Below, piece after piece: positions 56,448 to 64,000 of a stretch of DNA of 64,000 nt. The notes beneath the pieces were generated by a model that was given only the letters and a program-made list of their open reading frames with translations, was not told where the DNA came from and did no database searches. How positions within the stretch are numbered: the first letter of the stretch is position 1; each line of letters opens with the position of its first letter. Where the stretch lies: the NCBI GenBank assembly GCA_041660005.1, contig JBAZXG010000004.1:5720-69719 (forward strand), given 5' to 3'. Made by a program: the position numbers and the translations under genes. The DNA is from Patescibacteria group bacterium (lineage in GTDB: Bacteria; Patescibacteriota; Patescibacteriia; GWA2-46-9).

Positions 56448-58904
56448 CTAGCGTCGACGCTTGCGTCGCAATAAAGACCTATTCTTTTTTTCGTGCTCGG
56501 CTATCACAATAGTCATATCAAGAACAGCATCAGGATTAAGCGAAATGCTTTCGATACCCTGATCAACTAAAAACTTTCCGAACTCAGGGTAGTCAGAAGG
56601 AGCCTGCCCGCAAATACCAATATATTTTTTACGCCGTAAACATGCCTGAATAGCCCGCACCACCATTTCTTGAAGAGCCGGGCTCTTTTCATTGCCCACA
56701 TGAGCCACGATGCCCGAGTCTCTATCTAAACCGAGTGTTAACTGTGTTAAGTCGTTGGAACCGATGGACATGCCGTCAAAAATATCTAGGAATGCATCTG
56801 CCTGAATAACATTTGACGGAATTTCACACATGACATAAATTCTCAGTTTTCGGTCTGTTGTTTTAGAGAGGCCGTGCTTGGCCATGACCGCTATAACTTT
56901 TTTTCCTTCTTCAGGAGTTCGGCAAAATGGCACCATCGGAAGAACATTAGTGAGCCCCATCTCATTTCTGACCCTGATCAAGGCCTCACATTCCAGACCA
57001 AACGCTTCGGCAAATTTAGGATCGTAGTAACGTGAAGCGCCCCTCCATCCCAGCATTGGATTTTCCTCAATCGGTTCATAGCGCTCTCCGCCAAGTAGGG
57101 TTCGGTATTCGTTCGTCTTAAAATCCGAAAAGCGAATAATTACTTCATGCGGCCAAAAGGTCGCACCAATTTTAGCTATACCCTCTGATAATTTATCAAC
57201 GTAGTACTTAGACTTCTTGGTATAGCCAACCGTCAATGCGTCAATTTCTGAAACTAAACGACGGGCCTTAACGTCTTTTTTTGCTTCTCGCTTCAATTTC
57301 GTATATTCGATTAAGGCATTGGGGTGAACCTTCACATGTGCGGCAATAATAAACTCGAGGCGTCCAAGACCTACCCCCTCAGCCGGCGAGGCGTGGTACT
57401 GGAAAGCGCCGTCGGGCGACGCCAAAATCATCATTACTTTTGTTTTTGTTTTTGGAATTTGTTTGAGGCTCCTCTTTGAAACTGAGAACGGCAACTCCCC
57501 GGCGTACACAATTCCCGATTCTCCGGATGAGCAATCGATCGTTACCGGCATACCATTCTTCAACACTGCGGTAGCATTATTAGTTCCGACGATGCAGGGA
57601 ATACCCAATTCACGCGACACAATAGCCGCATGACTAGTGCGCCCACCCTTGTCGGTAACAATAGCCGAAGCTATTTTCATGATGGGCTCCCAATCAGGAT
57701 CAGTAATGCCCGTCACCAATACCTCTCCTTTTTGGAAAGTACTCATTTGCTTCGCACTTTTAATCGCTCGCACTTTGCCTACGGCTACCTTAGAACCTAC
57801 TGCAATGCCGTTCACCAGCACTTTACCTTTACGCTTTAAGGTGTAAGTAATTTGCACACTGGCGTCCGCCATGGCGTGAACCGTTTCTGGCCGCGCTTGC
57901 ACAATATACAGTTTTCCATTTTTGCCATCTTTTGCCCACTCAATATCCATGGGCTGATAGTGACCGCGTTTTTTGGAAAAATATTTTTCAATCTCGACAC
58001 ACCAACGTCCTAACTGCAAGACCTCTCGGTCCGTTAAACAATACTTCTGACGATCTGCCGGTGCTACGTTCACTTGCTTAATGCCGGTCTTGGCATAAAT
58101 CATCTTGACCTTTTTTGAGCCCAAGGTCCTGGAAATAATCGCCTGCTTCCCAGCGGCGAGCGTTGGTTTAAAAACGGTAAACTCATCTGGAGTCACCTTG
58201 CCTTGCACCACCATTTCGCCTAAACCGTAAGACCCCGTAATCGACACCACTTTATCAAACCCTGTTTCTGTATGAATAGTAAAGGCAACACCGCTTGCAG
58301 CGAGATCAGATCGAACCATTATCTGCACGCCAACAGACAAGGCAATTTTGGTGTGGGAGAAACCCTTATCAGCTCGGTATGAAATAGCGCGATCGGTAAA
58401 AAGTGAAGCAAAGCAGCGTCGCGTAGCATCGAGAACGGCTGCAGTTCCCTGCATATTCAAGAACGTCTCCTGTTGGCCGGCAAAGGAAGCGCCGGGTAAA
58501 TCTTCGGCTGTGGCAGAAGAACGAATCGCCACGTCAATACGTTTACCAAAACGACGTTCAAGCTCTTGGTAACCCGCAATAATTTCTTTCTCTAAATCTT
58601 CTGGGAATGAAGTTTTTAAAAAAAGATCGCGAACCTGCTTGCCGCGATGCTGCAAATCAACAACCCGCCGGGTATCTAACCCCTTAAGAATTTCGGTAAT
58701 ACGCCGGTCAATGCTGTTGTGACGAACAAAATACTGATAGGCATGAGCGGTAATAGCAAAACCATCTGGCACCTTAACACCCTTAGGAACAAGCGCCGCA
58801 TAGAGTTCACCGAGCGCCGCATTTTTTCCTCCAACATAGGGCACATCTTCTATTGCGAGTTCTCGAAACGAAATAGTCAAACGTTCGGCTTTCTTCTGAG
58901 TCAT
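56448..58904 (-). CDS. ppsA: Phosphoenolpyruvate synthase (pyruvate, water dikinase). The likely start is the MTQKK Met.
   Basis: N-terminal ATP-grasp (VPYVGGKNAALGELY), the phospho-His domain GGRTSHAAIVSRELGIPCIVG, and a C-terminal PEP-utilising domain (SIGSNDLTQLTLGLDRDS). Confidence 0.85.
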   Translation of the reverse strand: MTQKKAERLTISFRELAIEDVPYVGGKNAALGELYAALVPKGVKVPDGFAITAHAYQYFVRHNSIDRRITEILKGLDTRRVVDLQHRGKQVRDLFLKTSFPEDLEKEIIAGYQELERRFGKRIDVAIRSSATAEDLPGASFAGQQETFLNMQGTAAVLDATRRCFASLFTDRAISYRADKGFSHTKIALSVGVQIMVRSDLAASGVAFTIHTETGFDKVVSITGSYGLGEMVVQGKVTPDEFTVFKPTLAAGKQAIISRTLGSKKVKMIYAKTGIKQVNVAPADRQKYCLTDREVLQLGRWCVEIEKYFSKKRGHYQPMDIEWAKDGKNGKLYIVQARPETVHAMADASVQITYTLKRKGKVLVNGIAVGSKVAVGKVRAIKSAKQMSTFQKGEVLVTGITDPDWEPIMKIASAIVTDKGGRTSHAAIVSRELGIPCIVGTNNATAVLKNGMPVTIDCSSGESGIVYAGELPFSVSKRSLKQIPKTKTKVMMILASPDGAFQYHASPAEGVGLGRLEFIIAAHVKVHPNALIEYTKLKREAKKDVKARRLVSEIDALTVGYTKKSKYYVDKLSEGIAKIGATFWPHEVIIRFSDFKTNEYRTLLGGERYEPIEENPMLGWRGASRYYDPKFAEAFGLECEALIRVRNEMGLTNVLPMVPFCRTPEEGKKVIAVMAKHGLSKTTDRKLRIYVMCEIPSNVIQADAFLDIFDGMSIGSNDLTQLTLGLDRDSGIVAHVGNEKSPALQEMVVRAIQACLRRKKYIGICGQAPSDYPEFGKFLVDQGIESISLNPDAVLDMTIVIAEHEKKNRSLLRRKRRR

Positions 58905-58964
58905 AATGAAAATACAGTTAATAGGTGCTAATAGTATAGCAGAACAAAGTCGGACGACCAAAAG

Positions 58965-59819
58965 TTACCCTTTGCCAATGCCAAACAAGTGCTTGGCATT
59001 TGCAGTCGTCGTGCGGGCAACCTCATCAAAGGAAAGACCTTTTATTTTTGCGAGGTGCGCTGCAGTGTAGGCAACGTACGCTGGTTCATTACGTTTTCCT
59101 CGATGCGGAACCGGTGTCAAATATGGACAATCTGTTTCTACGAGTAGTTTTTCTAACGGCGTTTTTCTGATAAAGGAATCCCAGCTTTGAGCAAAAGTAA
59201 TAATGCCTGAAAAGGAAATGTAAAAACCCAGGCTCATCAACCGTTCAGCTTCCTCTTCGGCGCCCGTAAAACAATGGATAACACCCCGCACTTTTGCATA
59301 CCTCGCTTGGGCCTCTTTAAGCATACGGTAGACGTCATCATAAGCGTCTCGGCAGTGAATAGAGAGCGGTAAATTAAGGTCTACGGCGAGTAAAATCTGC
59401 TGGCGAAAAACATCCTGCTGCGTACGTTTAACCGCTTCACGCTCGGCCTCAGTTCCTTCCAGCCGATAGTAATCGAGACCGACTTCACCGATTGCTACAA
59501 CTTTTGGCGAAGATCTTGCAAGGCGACGGTACATTTCAGCATCGAATATTTCCGCGCGACGGCGAAACCCCCCGCCGACCGGCGCACCCGTTTCTTCCGC
59601 GGGATCAAAGTACCCCTCGGTGGTATGCACCGGGTGCAGGCCTATGGCGGCCCACGCCCCGTCGTAACGCTTCGCGGTTTCTACTGTTTTTACACTTGTG
59701 TCCGCTTGCGTGCCGACGAGCAGCATCTCCACATTCGCTGCTAGTGAACGCCGAATAACCGCGTCACTATCTTCGCGGAAAGCGTTAAAATGTGGATGGG
59801 CGTGCGAGTCAAACAGCAT
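58965..59819 (-). CDS. tatD: TatD-family metal-dependent hydrolase/DNase.
   Basis: N-terminal LFDSHAHPHF and the downstream His/Asp/Glu pattern of the TatD TIM barrel. Confidence 0.8.
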   Translation of the reverse strand: MLFDSHAHPHFNAFREDSDAVIRRSLAANVEMLLVGTQADTSVKTVETAKRYDGAWAAIGLHPVHTTEGYFDPAEETGAPVGGGFRRRAEIFDAEMYRRLARSSPKVVAIGEVGLDYYRLEGTEAEREAVKRTQQDVFRQQILLAVDLNLPLSIHCRDAYDDVYRMLKEAQARYAKVRGVIHCFTGAEEEAERLMSLGFYISFSGIITFAQSWDSFIRKTPLEKLLVETDCPYLTPVPHRGKRNEPAYVAYTAAHLAKIKGLSFDEVARTTTANAKHLFGIGKG

Positions 59820-60346
59820 TAAAAGTAGGACTGCAGCTGACGTACCGACTCAGGAAAGAGCGGACGCAAAATACTTGATGCCACAAGCAAGTACTGTGCA
59901 AGTTGAGATTGAATAACTGCATCGTTGAAACTGGTCCAAAGCGAATACTTGCCAGCAATATAAAGAAGCGTTCCCAAAACGAGTACCCCCAGGATTAAGC
60001 CAAAGAGCGCCCCCGCTAAGCGATTAATACTCTTAAGAAAAGGGAGAAAAGCCAAAAAATCGAAAGCTCGTTCCACCAAAAGAACGACAAAGCCAAAAAG
60101 CCTGCCGATGAGCAAAAAAAGAAATGCAAACGACGCTATGCGAGCAACTGCTTGAAATGGACCAAAAATTGGCCCCACGATATTGGCAAGCCAAAGATAA
60201 AATTGACCGGCAACGAACGCGGCAATAATAATGCCGATAATGCCTCCGATAGCGCGGATAAAACCATTACTAAAACCCCAGACGGCAAACCCAAAGAGAA
60301 GAATGGAAAGAATGATGTCAAGCGTAAAAAAATGGAAAACTTCCAT
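59819..60346 (-). CDS. CvpA-family membrane protein.
   Basis: 175 aa with 4 TM helices; N-terminal LDIILSILLFGFAVWGFSNGFIRAIGG is the CvpA pattern. Confidence 0.6.
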   Translation of the reverse strand: MEVFHFFTLDIILSILLFGFAVWGFSNGFIRAIGGIIGIIIAAFVAGQFYLWLANIVGPIFGPFQAVARIASFAFLFLLIGRLFGFVVLLVERAFDFLAFLPFLKSINRLAGALFGLILGVLVLGTLLYIAGKYSLWTSFNDAVIQSQLAQYLLVASSILRPLFPESVRQLQSYF

Positions 60347-60349
60347 GTT

Positions 60350-61855
60350 CTATGCTGTTAACCTCGGAAAGAGCGGTTGCGGTGAGGCAATTTTTGGAGC
60401 ACTGACCTCTGAACCCCAAACCGAGGCCTCGGCTAAAGGTCGGTCATGCTCTTGCTCGAGTCCAAGGAGAATAAAAATTTTGTCTGACGTTTGAGGAAGC
60501 AGGGGCTGCAACAACCAAGCCAGCTGCCGCAGACTCTCCACTAGCGTACCGAGTACTATTTCCAATGTTTCTTTTTTTTGTGGATCTTTTTTAAGTACCC
60601 AGGGTGCCTGCTCGTCAATATAACGATCGCCAGCGCGAATTGCTTGCCATATCACCTCAAGCGCGCGACCAGGTTCATTGGCAGCAAACAGTTCATGATA
60701 CTCTCGCCAGGTATTCTCAAAAATTGGACGCAGGGCGTCCCCGACCGATAAATGATCAACGTCTTTAGCAAGTGTCAACACGCGACTGACGTAGTTTCCC
60801 AAGCCGCTCGCGAGATCGCTGTCATAACGGCCAGCCAGACGTTCGATGGAGAAATCACCGTCCCCGCCAAAAGGTATTTCGCGCAGCAAGAAATAGCGCA
60901 GCGCATCAACGCCGTAGGTTTCTACTAAGTCGCGGGGGTCAATGGCGTTACCTAAGGATTTAGAAATTTTTTGTCCGGAGATAGTAAAAAATCCATGTGC
61001 AAACACTCTGAGCGGTAACGGCAGACCTGCCGCCAAAAGCATAGCCGGCCAGAGAGCACAGTGGAATTTTGTAATGTCCTTACCGATAATATGTAGATCA
61101 GCCGGCCACCAACGGTTAAATTTTTCTTCATCAGTCCCGTAACCAACACCCGTAAGATAATTGAGTAAAGCATCGAACCACACATAGATAACCTGCGACT
61201 CGTCCCCGGGAACAGGAATTCCCCAGCCCTTAGACGGACGCGAGATACTGATATCTTCAAGGTGATTGGTAATGTAGTTCAATACTTCGTTTCGCCTTGC
61301 TGCGGGTGCCACCAGGCCTGTATTGCGTTCGTGGTAATCGAGAAGGGCCTGCTTATACTTTGACAAGCGAAAAAAGTAGTTATCTTCTTTTACCAACTCC
61401 GGCTTTCGATTATGGTCAGGACAAAGGCCTTCTGCTGTTAAGTCGGCCTCACGATAAAATGCCTCACAGCCGACGCAGTATAACCCCTCATAGCTGCCCT
61501 TATAGATGTCGCCGGCGGCTTCAACGGCGTGCCAAAATTTTTCTACACCACGACGGTGACGTTCTTCGGTTGTCCTAATAAAATCGTCATTTGATATAGC
61601 AAGCTCATCCCAGGTTACTTGCCAGAGCGCTGACATGCGGTTCACATAGTCCTGCACATTAGACTCCCCTTCGCGCGTTGCGGCTTCGACATTTTTTTCA
61701 GCATTCTCATCAGTCCCCGTAAGAAGCAGGGTTCTCTCGCCCACCAATCGATGGTAGCGGGCAAAAGTATCGGCAGCAAAAGTCGCATAGGCGTGACCAA
61801 TATGCGGCCGATCGTTCACATAGTAAATGGGTGTAGTAATGTAAAATTTTTCCAT
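60350..61855 (-). CDS. metG: Methionyl-tRNA synthetase (short form, no C-terminal tRNA-binding extension).
   Basis: FYITTPIYYVNDRPHIGHAY (HIGH motif), a zinc knuckle (CVGCEAF...CPDH) and KISKSLGN (KMSKS). Confidence 0.9.
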   Translation of the reverse strand: MEKFYITTPIYYVNDRPHIGHAYATFAADTFARYHRLVGERTLLLTGTDENAEKNVEAATREGESNVQDYVNRMSALWQVTWDELAISNDDFIRTTEERHRRGVEKFWHAVEAAGDIYKGSYEGLYCVGCEAFYREADLTAEGLCPDHNRKPELVKEDNYFFRLSKYKQALLDYHERNTGLVAPAARRNEVLNYITNHLEDISISRPSKGWGIPVPGDESQVIYVWFDALLNYLTGVGYGTDEEKFNRWWPADLHIIGKDITKFHCALWPAMLLAAGLPLPLRVFAHGFFTISGQKISKSLGNAIDPRDLVETYGVDALRYFLLREIPFGGDGDFSIERLAGRYDSDLASGLGNYVSRVLTLAKDVDHLSVGDALRPIFENTWREYHELFAANEPGRALEVIWQAIRAGDRYIDEQAPWVLKKDPQKKETLEIVLGTLVESLRQLAWLLQPLLPQTSDKIFILLGLEQEHDRPLAEASVWGSEVSAPKIASPQPLFPRLTA

Positions 61856-61948
61856 ACGACTACCGAAAGCGTAGCGCGCCTAGGGCATTTGGTAAAGACG
61901 ACTCCACGAAAAGTCCCCTAACCGCTTCAGAGGATAAATGTAAAATGA

Positions 61949-62015
61949 CAAAAAAGGACGAGGGGCGGATCAATCAGCAGCACTGTTGCTACCAATCGAA
62001 CCCGCCCCTCTCGTC
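61949..62015 (-). terminator. Rho-independent terminator with a long loop, after the small acidic-protein gene and upstream of metG.
   Basis: 12-14-bp stem gacgag(a)ggggcgg / ccgcccctctcgtc with a loop of about 30 nt, then CUUUUUUGU on the minus strand. Confidence 0.55.
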
Positions 62016-62016
62016 A

Positions 62017-62259
62017 CTAGTGGACGTTCGGCTTCGGAGGCTGACCTCCGTAGATGGTTTCGAACGCCTGATCGAGACTTGCTAGGGCAATGAACTCTTC
62101 GCGCATTGCCTGGCTCGTGCAGCGATCAAGAATGTCCGCCCATTGGGTCGAACCCCTTTTCCCTTCCCGAACTTCGTCAGAGAATTCACCGAGGAGCTCA
62201 GCGAGAAGGTTCTCTTCTTCCTCACCCAACTCCTGGTCGTTGTCGTCAGAATCAGCCAT
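62017..62259 (-). CDS. Small acidic protein (80 aa), GC-rich cassette gene.
   Basis: MADSDDNDQELGEEEENLLAELL... A GAGGAG Shine-Dalgarno lies about 7 nt upstream. GC-rich. Confidence 0.45.
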   Translation of the reverse strand: MADSDDNDQELGEEEENLLAELLGEFSDEVREGKRGSTQWADILDRCTSQAMREEFIALASLDQAFETIYGGQPPKPNVH

Positions 62260-62277
62260 GATGTTGTCTCCTCTTGG

Positions 62278-62730
62278 CTAGCGTAGTACCTCATGACCAG
62301 CGTTGCAGTGATGAGTGCGGTAATCGGCTAACGCACGGAGAACCGCGTCTTTGAACCGCTCCGCCCGGGGCTGGTCTTCGATTGTTCGCTTGATCGTCAC
62401 GATCGTGGTTTTCATGACAATCACTCGGTTGTACCGGTGGGCCAGAGTCCAGAACCCCCAGGCGCCATAGGCAAACCATGGATCATTCCAGTAGAGCGAC
62501 GCAGGCACACAGGCAATCGCGAGGAGCAGGAGAAAAATGCCGACCAAGCTAGGTCGGACATCAATCCTCGTAATACCACTGATCGGATACGTGCCAGCGA
62601 CATCGTAGCGACCCCGCGCGCCAGTGAATAGACGCTCTTCGACGATTCCCTCAGTAAGAGCCAACTCACCCTCTCCGCGGCTCGAAGTGAACCACCCCAG
62701 AAACGGGACATCTGCCAAAATACGGTTCAT
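62278..62730 (-). CDS. Small membrane protein (about 150 aa), GC-rich cassette gene.
   Basis: Central hydrophobic stretch LVGIFLLLLAIACVPASLYW...WGFWTLA. The Met at 62730 has GGAGAGAGG 8 nt upstream; the track ORF extends to 62772. Confidence 0.45.
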   Translation of the reverse strand: MNRILADVPFLGWFTSSRGEGELALTEGIVEERLFTGARGRYDVAGTYPISGITRIDVRPSLVGIFLLLLAIACVPASLYWNDPWFAYGAWGFWTLAHRYNRVIVMKTTIVTIKRTIEDQPRAERFKDAVLRALADYRTHHCNAGHEVLR

Positions 62731-62939
62731 GTTGGATACCTCTCTCCTGGTTGTTTTGGGCTGTATGGACATTGGAAAAGAACAGCCCTCCTTGGGAGCA
62801 CCCTAGTATTTTAGATGGAAATTAGCAAGTAACCCTTACCATTTCGTCGTACGTTCAGTACTCCCTAAGCAAAAGAAAATCTGCCCAACACAGGGACGAT
62901 CCTTTTAGCATGGGCAGTGGTAGAATCTATAGTAAAATG

Positions 62940-62972
62940 AAAACCGCCCCGACGCTAGGTCGGAGCGGTTTT
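62940..62972. terminator. Bidirectional rho-independent terminator downstream of the HU gene.
   Basis: Compound hairpin aaaaccgc-c-ccgac-gctag-gtcgg-a-gcggtttt, with A/T runs on both sides. Confidence 0.7.
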
Positions 62973-62990
62973 CACAAACTGGGAAAAACC

Positions 62991-63272
62991 TTAAAGAACA
63001 GCGTCCTTCGCGGCCTTTGCAACGCGGAATTTAACCACGGTCTTTGCCGGGATCTGAATTTCCGCACCGGTTGCCGGGTTGCGTCCCATACGGGCGTTCC
63101 GGTGAACCTTGACGAGTTTCCCGATGCCAGGCACCAGGAACTCTCCGTTAACCTTTACCTCGCGGTACGCAAGGGTGGTCATGGCGTCAATAAACGCGCT
63201 GACGTCCTTCTTGCTCATGCTGGTTTTCTCGGCGAGCGCCTGGAGAACCTGCGATTTTGTCATCTTCGCCAT
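62991..63272 (-). CDS. hup: Nucleoid-associated DNA-binding protein HU/IHF family.
   Basis: 93 aa; GFGKF-arm equivalent (LVPGIGKLVKVHRNARMGRNPATGAEIQIPAKTVVKFR). Confidence 0.85.
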   Translation of the reverse strand: MAKMTKSQVLQALAEKTSMSKKDVSAFIDAMTTLAYREVKVNGEFLVPGIGKLVKVHRNARMGRNPATGAEIQIPAKTVVKFRVAKAAKDAVL

Positions 63273-63407
63273 AGGCGATAATGGTTAGTAAATGAACTTA
63301 AGTTAGATGTTGAGGATGAATCCGCTTTGAGTAAGCAAGATTAACTGTCCCCAACTTGCAAGCAGTATACAGGAAAGCAAAATTGCCCGCAAATACAACA
63401 AGTCAAC

Positions 63408-64000
63408 CTAACGCTCTGGGGCCACCACAACGGTATACTCCCCACGCGGCTTTTCGTTACCTAACGACACCGCTAACTCCTCAGCACTGCCTCGGTACAC
63501 AGTCTCAAAATGCTTCGTCAATTCACGGCAAACAACCAATAAACGCTGGGGAATACGCAAAGATAGCTCTCGGAGCGCTTTTTGAATGCGATGCGGCGCC
63601 TCATAGAAAATAACTGCGTCATGAGTAGCCGCAACGCGATCAAAAAAAGTTTTCCGTCCTTTTTTGTGCGGCGGATAACCTAAAAAAAGAAATGCGTCCA
63701 TAGGAAATCCGCTGATGGAAGCAGTGGTAGCAAGAGCACTCGGGCCAGGAATAGGAACGATACTAAGCGAAGAACCAAAGCGTCTCAGTGCTTCCTCAAT
63801 AAAAAGTCCACCCGGATCACTAATACCCGGCGTTCCCGCATCGGTCACAAGTGCCACATCACTCGTTTCTAAATAACTAAGCAACTGATCACGTTTTGTC
63901 TTTATCGTATGTTGATGATACGACGCAAGCGTTGGATGAGCACTGAGATGTGCTAACAATACACGCGTCCGTCGAGTATCCTCAGCAAGCACGATCGGGA
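63408..64000 (-). CDS. rsmI: 16S rRNA (cytidine1402-2'-O)-methyltransferase RsmI. The 5' end lies outside the window.
   Basis: Tetrapyrrole-methylase fold. LAEDTRRTRVLLAHL corresponds to the conserved AEDTRxT motif; the C-terminal part carries GEYTVVVAP. Confidence 0.75.
   Translation of the reverse strand, partial: PIVLAEDTRRTRVLLAHLSAHPTLASYHQHTIKTKRDQLLSYLETSDVALVTDAGTPGISDPGGLFIEEALRRFGSSLSIVPIPGPSALATTASISGFPMDAFLFLGYPPHKKGRKTFFDRVAATHDAVIFYEAPHRIQKALRELSLRIPQRLLVVCRELTKHFETVYRGSAEELAVSLGNEKPRGEYTVVVAPER

Noticed and set aside
61957-62015. tRNA-like GGTTCGATTGG (T-loop-like) sequence on the minus strand.
   Set aside because: No complementary T-stem, no acceptor stem and no anticodon arm. 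It is the loop of a long-loop terminator hairpin followed by a U-tract.

Overview
This 64-kb window is gene-dense bacterial chromosome, mostly coded on the minus strand. Background GC is modest (about 45% by eye). It looks like a reduced-genome lineage, possibly CPR/Patescibacteria-like. Evidence for that: native genes have little or no Shine-Dalgarno, several promoters are leaderless, PyrH is archaeal-type (GGS signature), EF-Ts is short, and MetRS and ThrRS are shortened.

Genes recognised by motif:
- A glycolytic block gapA-pgk-[degenerate enolase paralog]-gpmI, with no tpiA.
- A second block of canonical eno, a D-2-hydroxyacid dehydrogenase and PEP synthase.
- Translation and replication genes: rpsB-tsf, rpmE-prfA-prmC, rplY, secE-nusG-rplK-rplA, gatB, miaA, thrS, pheST, metG, gyrB, dnaE, mutM, mltG, rodA/ftsW, HU, tatD and cvpA.
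- A leaderless thymidylate operon: P-loop kinase, long dCTP-deaminase-like protein, tandem ThyX, tmk, gatB.
- A 1427-aa secreted subtilase with an 8-blade FG-GAP propeller.
- A UvrD-like helicase fused to a Cas4/AddB-like Fe-S PD-(D/E)xK nuclease, next to a DUF721-like gene.

Other points worth a second look:
- A T-box-like attenuator leader upstream of thrS. It has the canonical UGGAACC antiterminator bulge and a competing intrinsic terminator.
- At least six compositionally distinct GC-rich islands (about 55-62% GC by eye). Each carries its own strong AGGAGG-type ribosome-binding site and rho-independent terminator. One holds a leuA-like synthase, one a standalone LeuA-regulatory-domain-like protein, and several are two-gene cassettes of small proteins.
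- Candidate small-RNA loci, including a promoter-to-terminator unit of about 260 nt between miaA and a GC island.
- A perfect 36-bp palindrome upstream of the giant protease.

No rRNA, tRNA or CRISPR array was found. All calls rest on reading the sequence; no searches were run.
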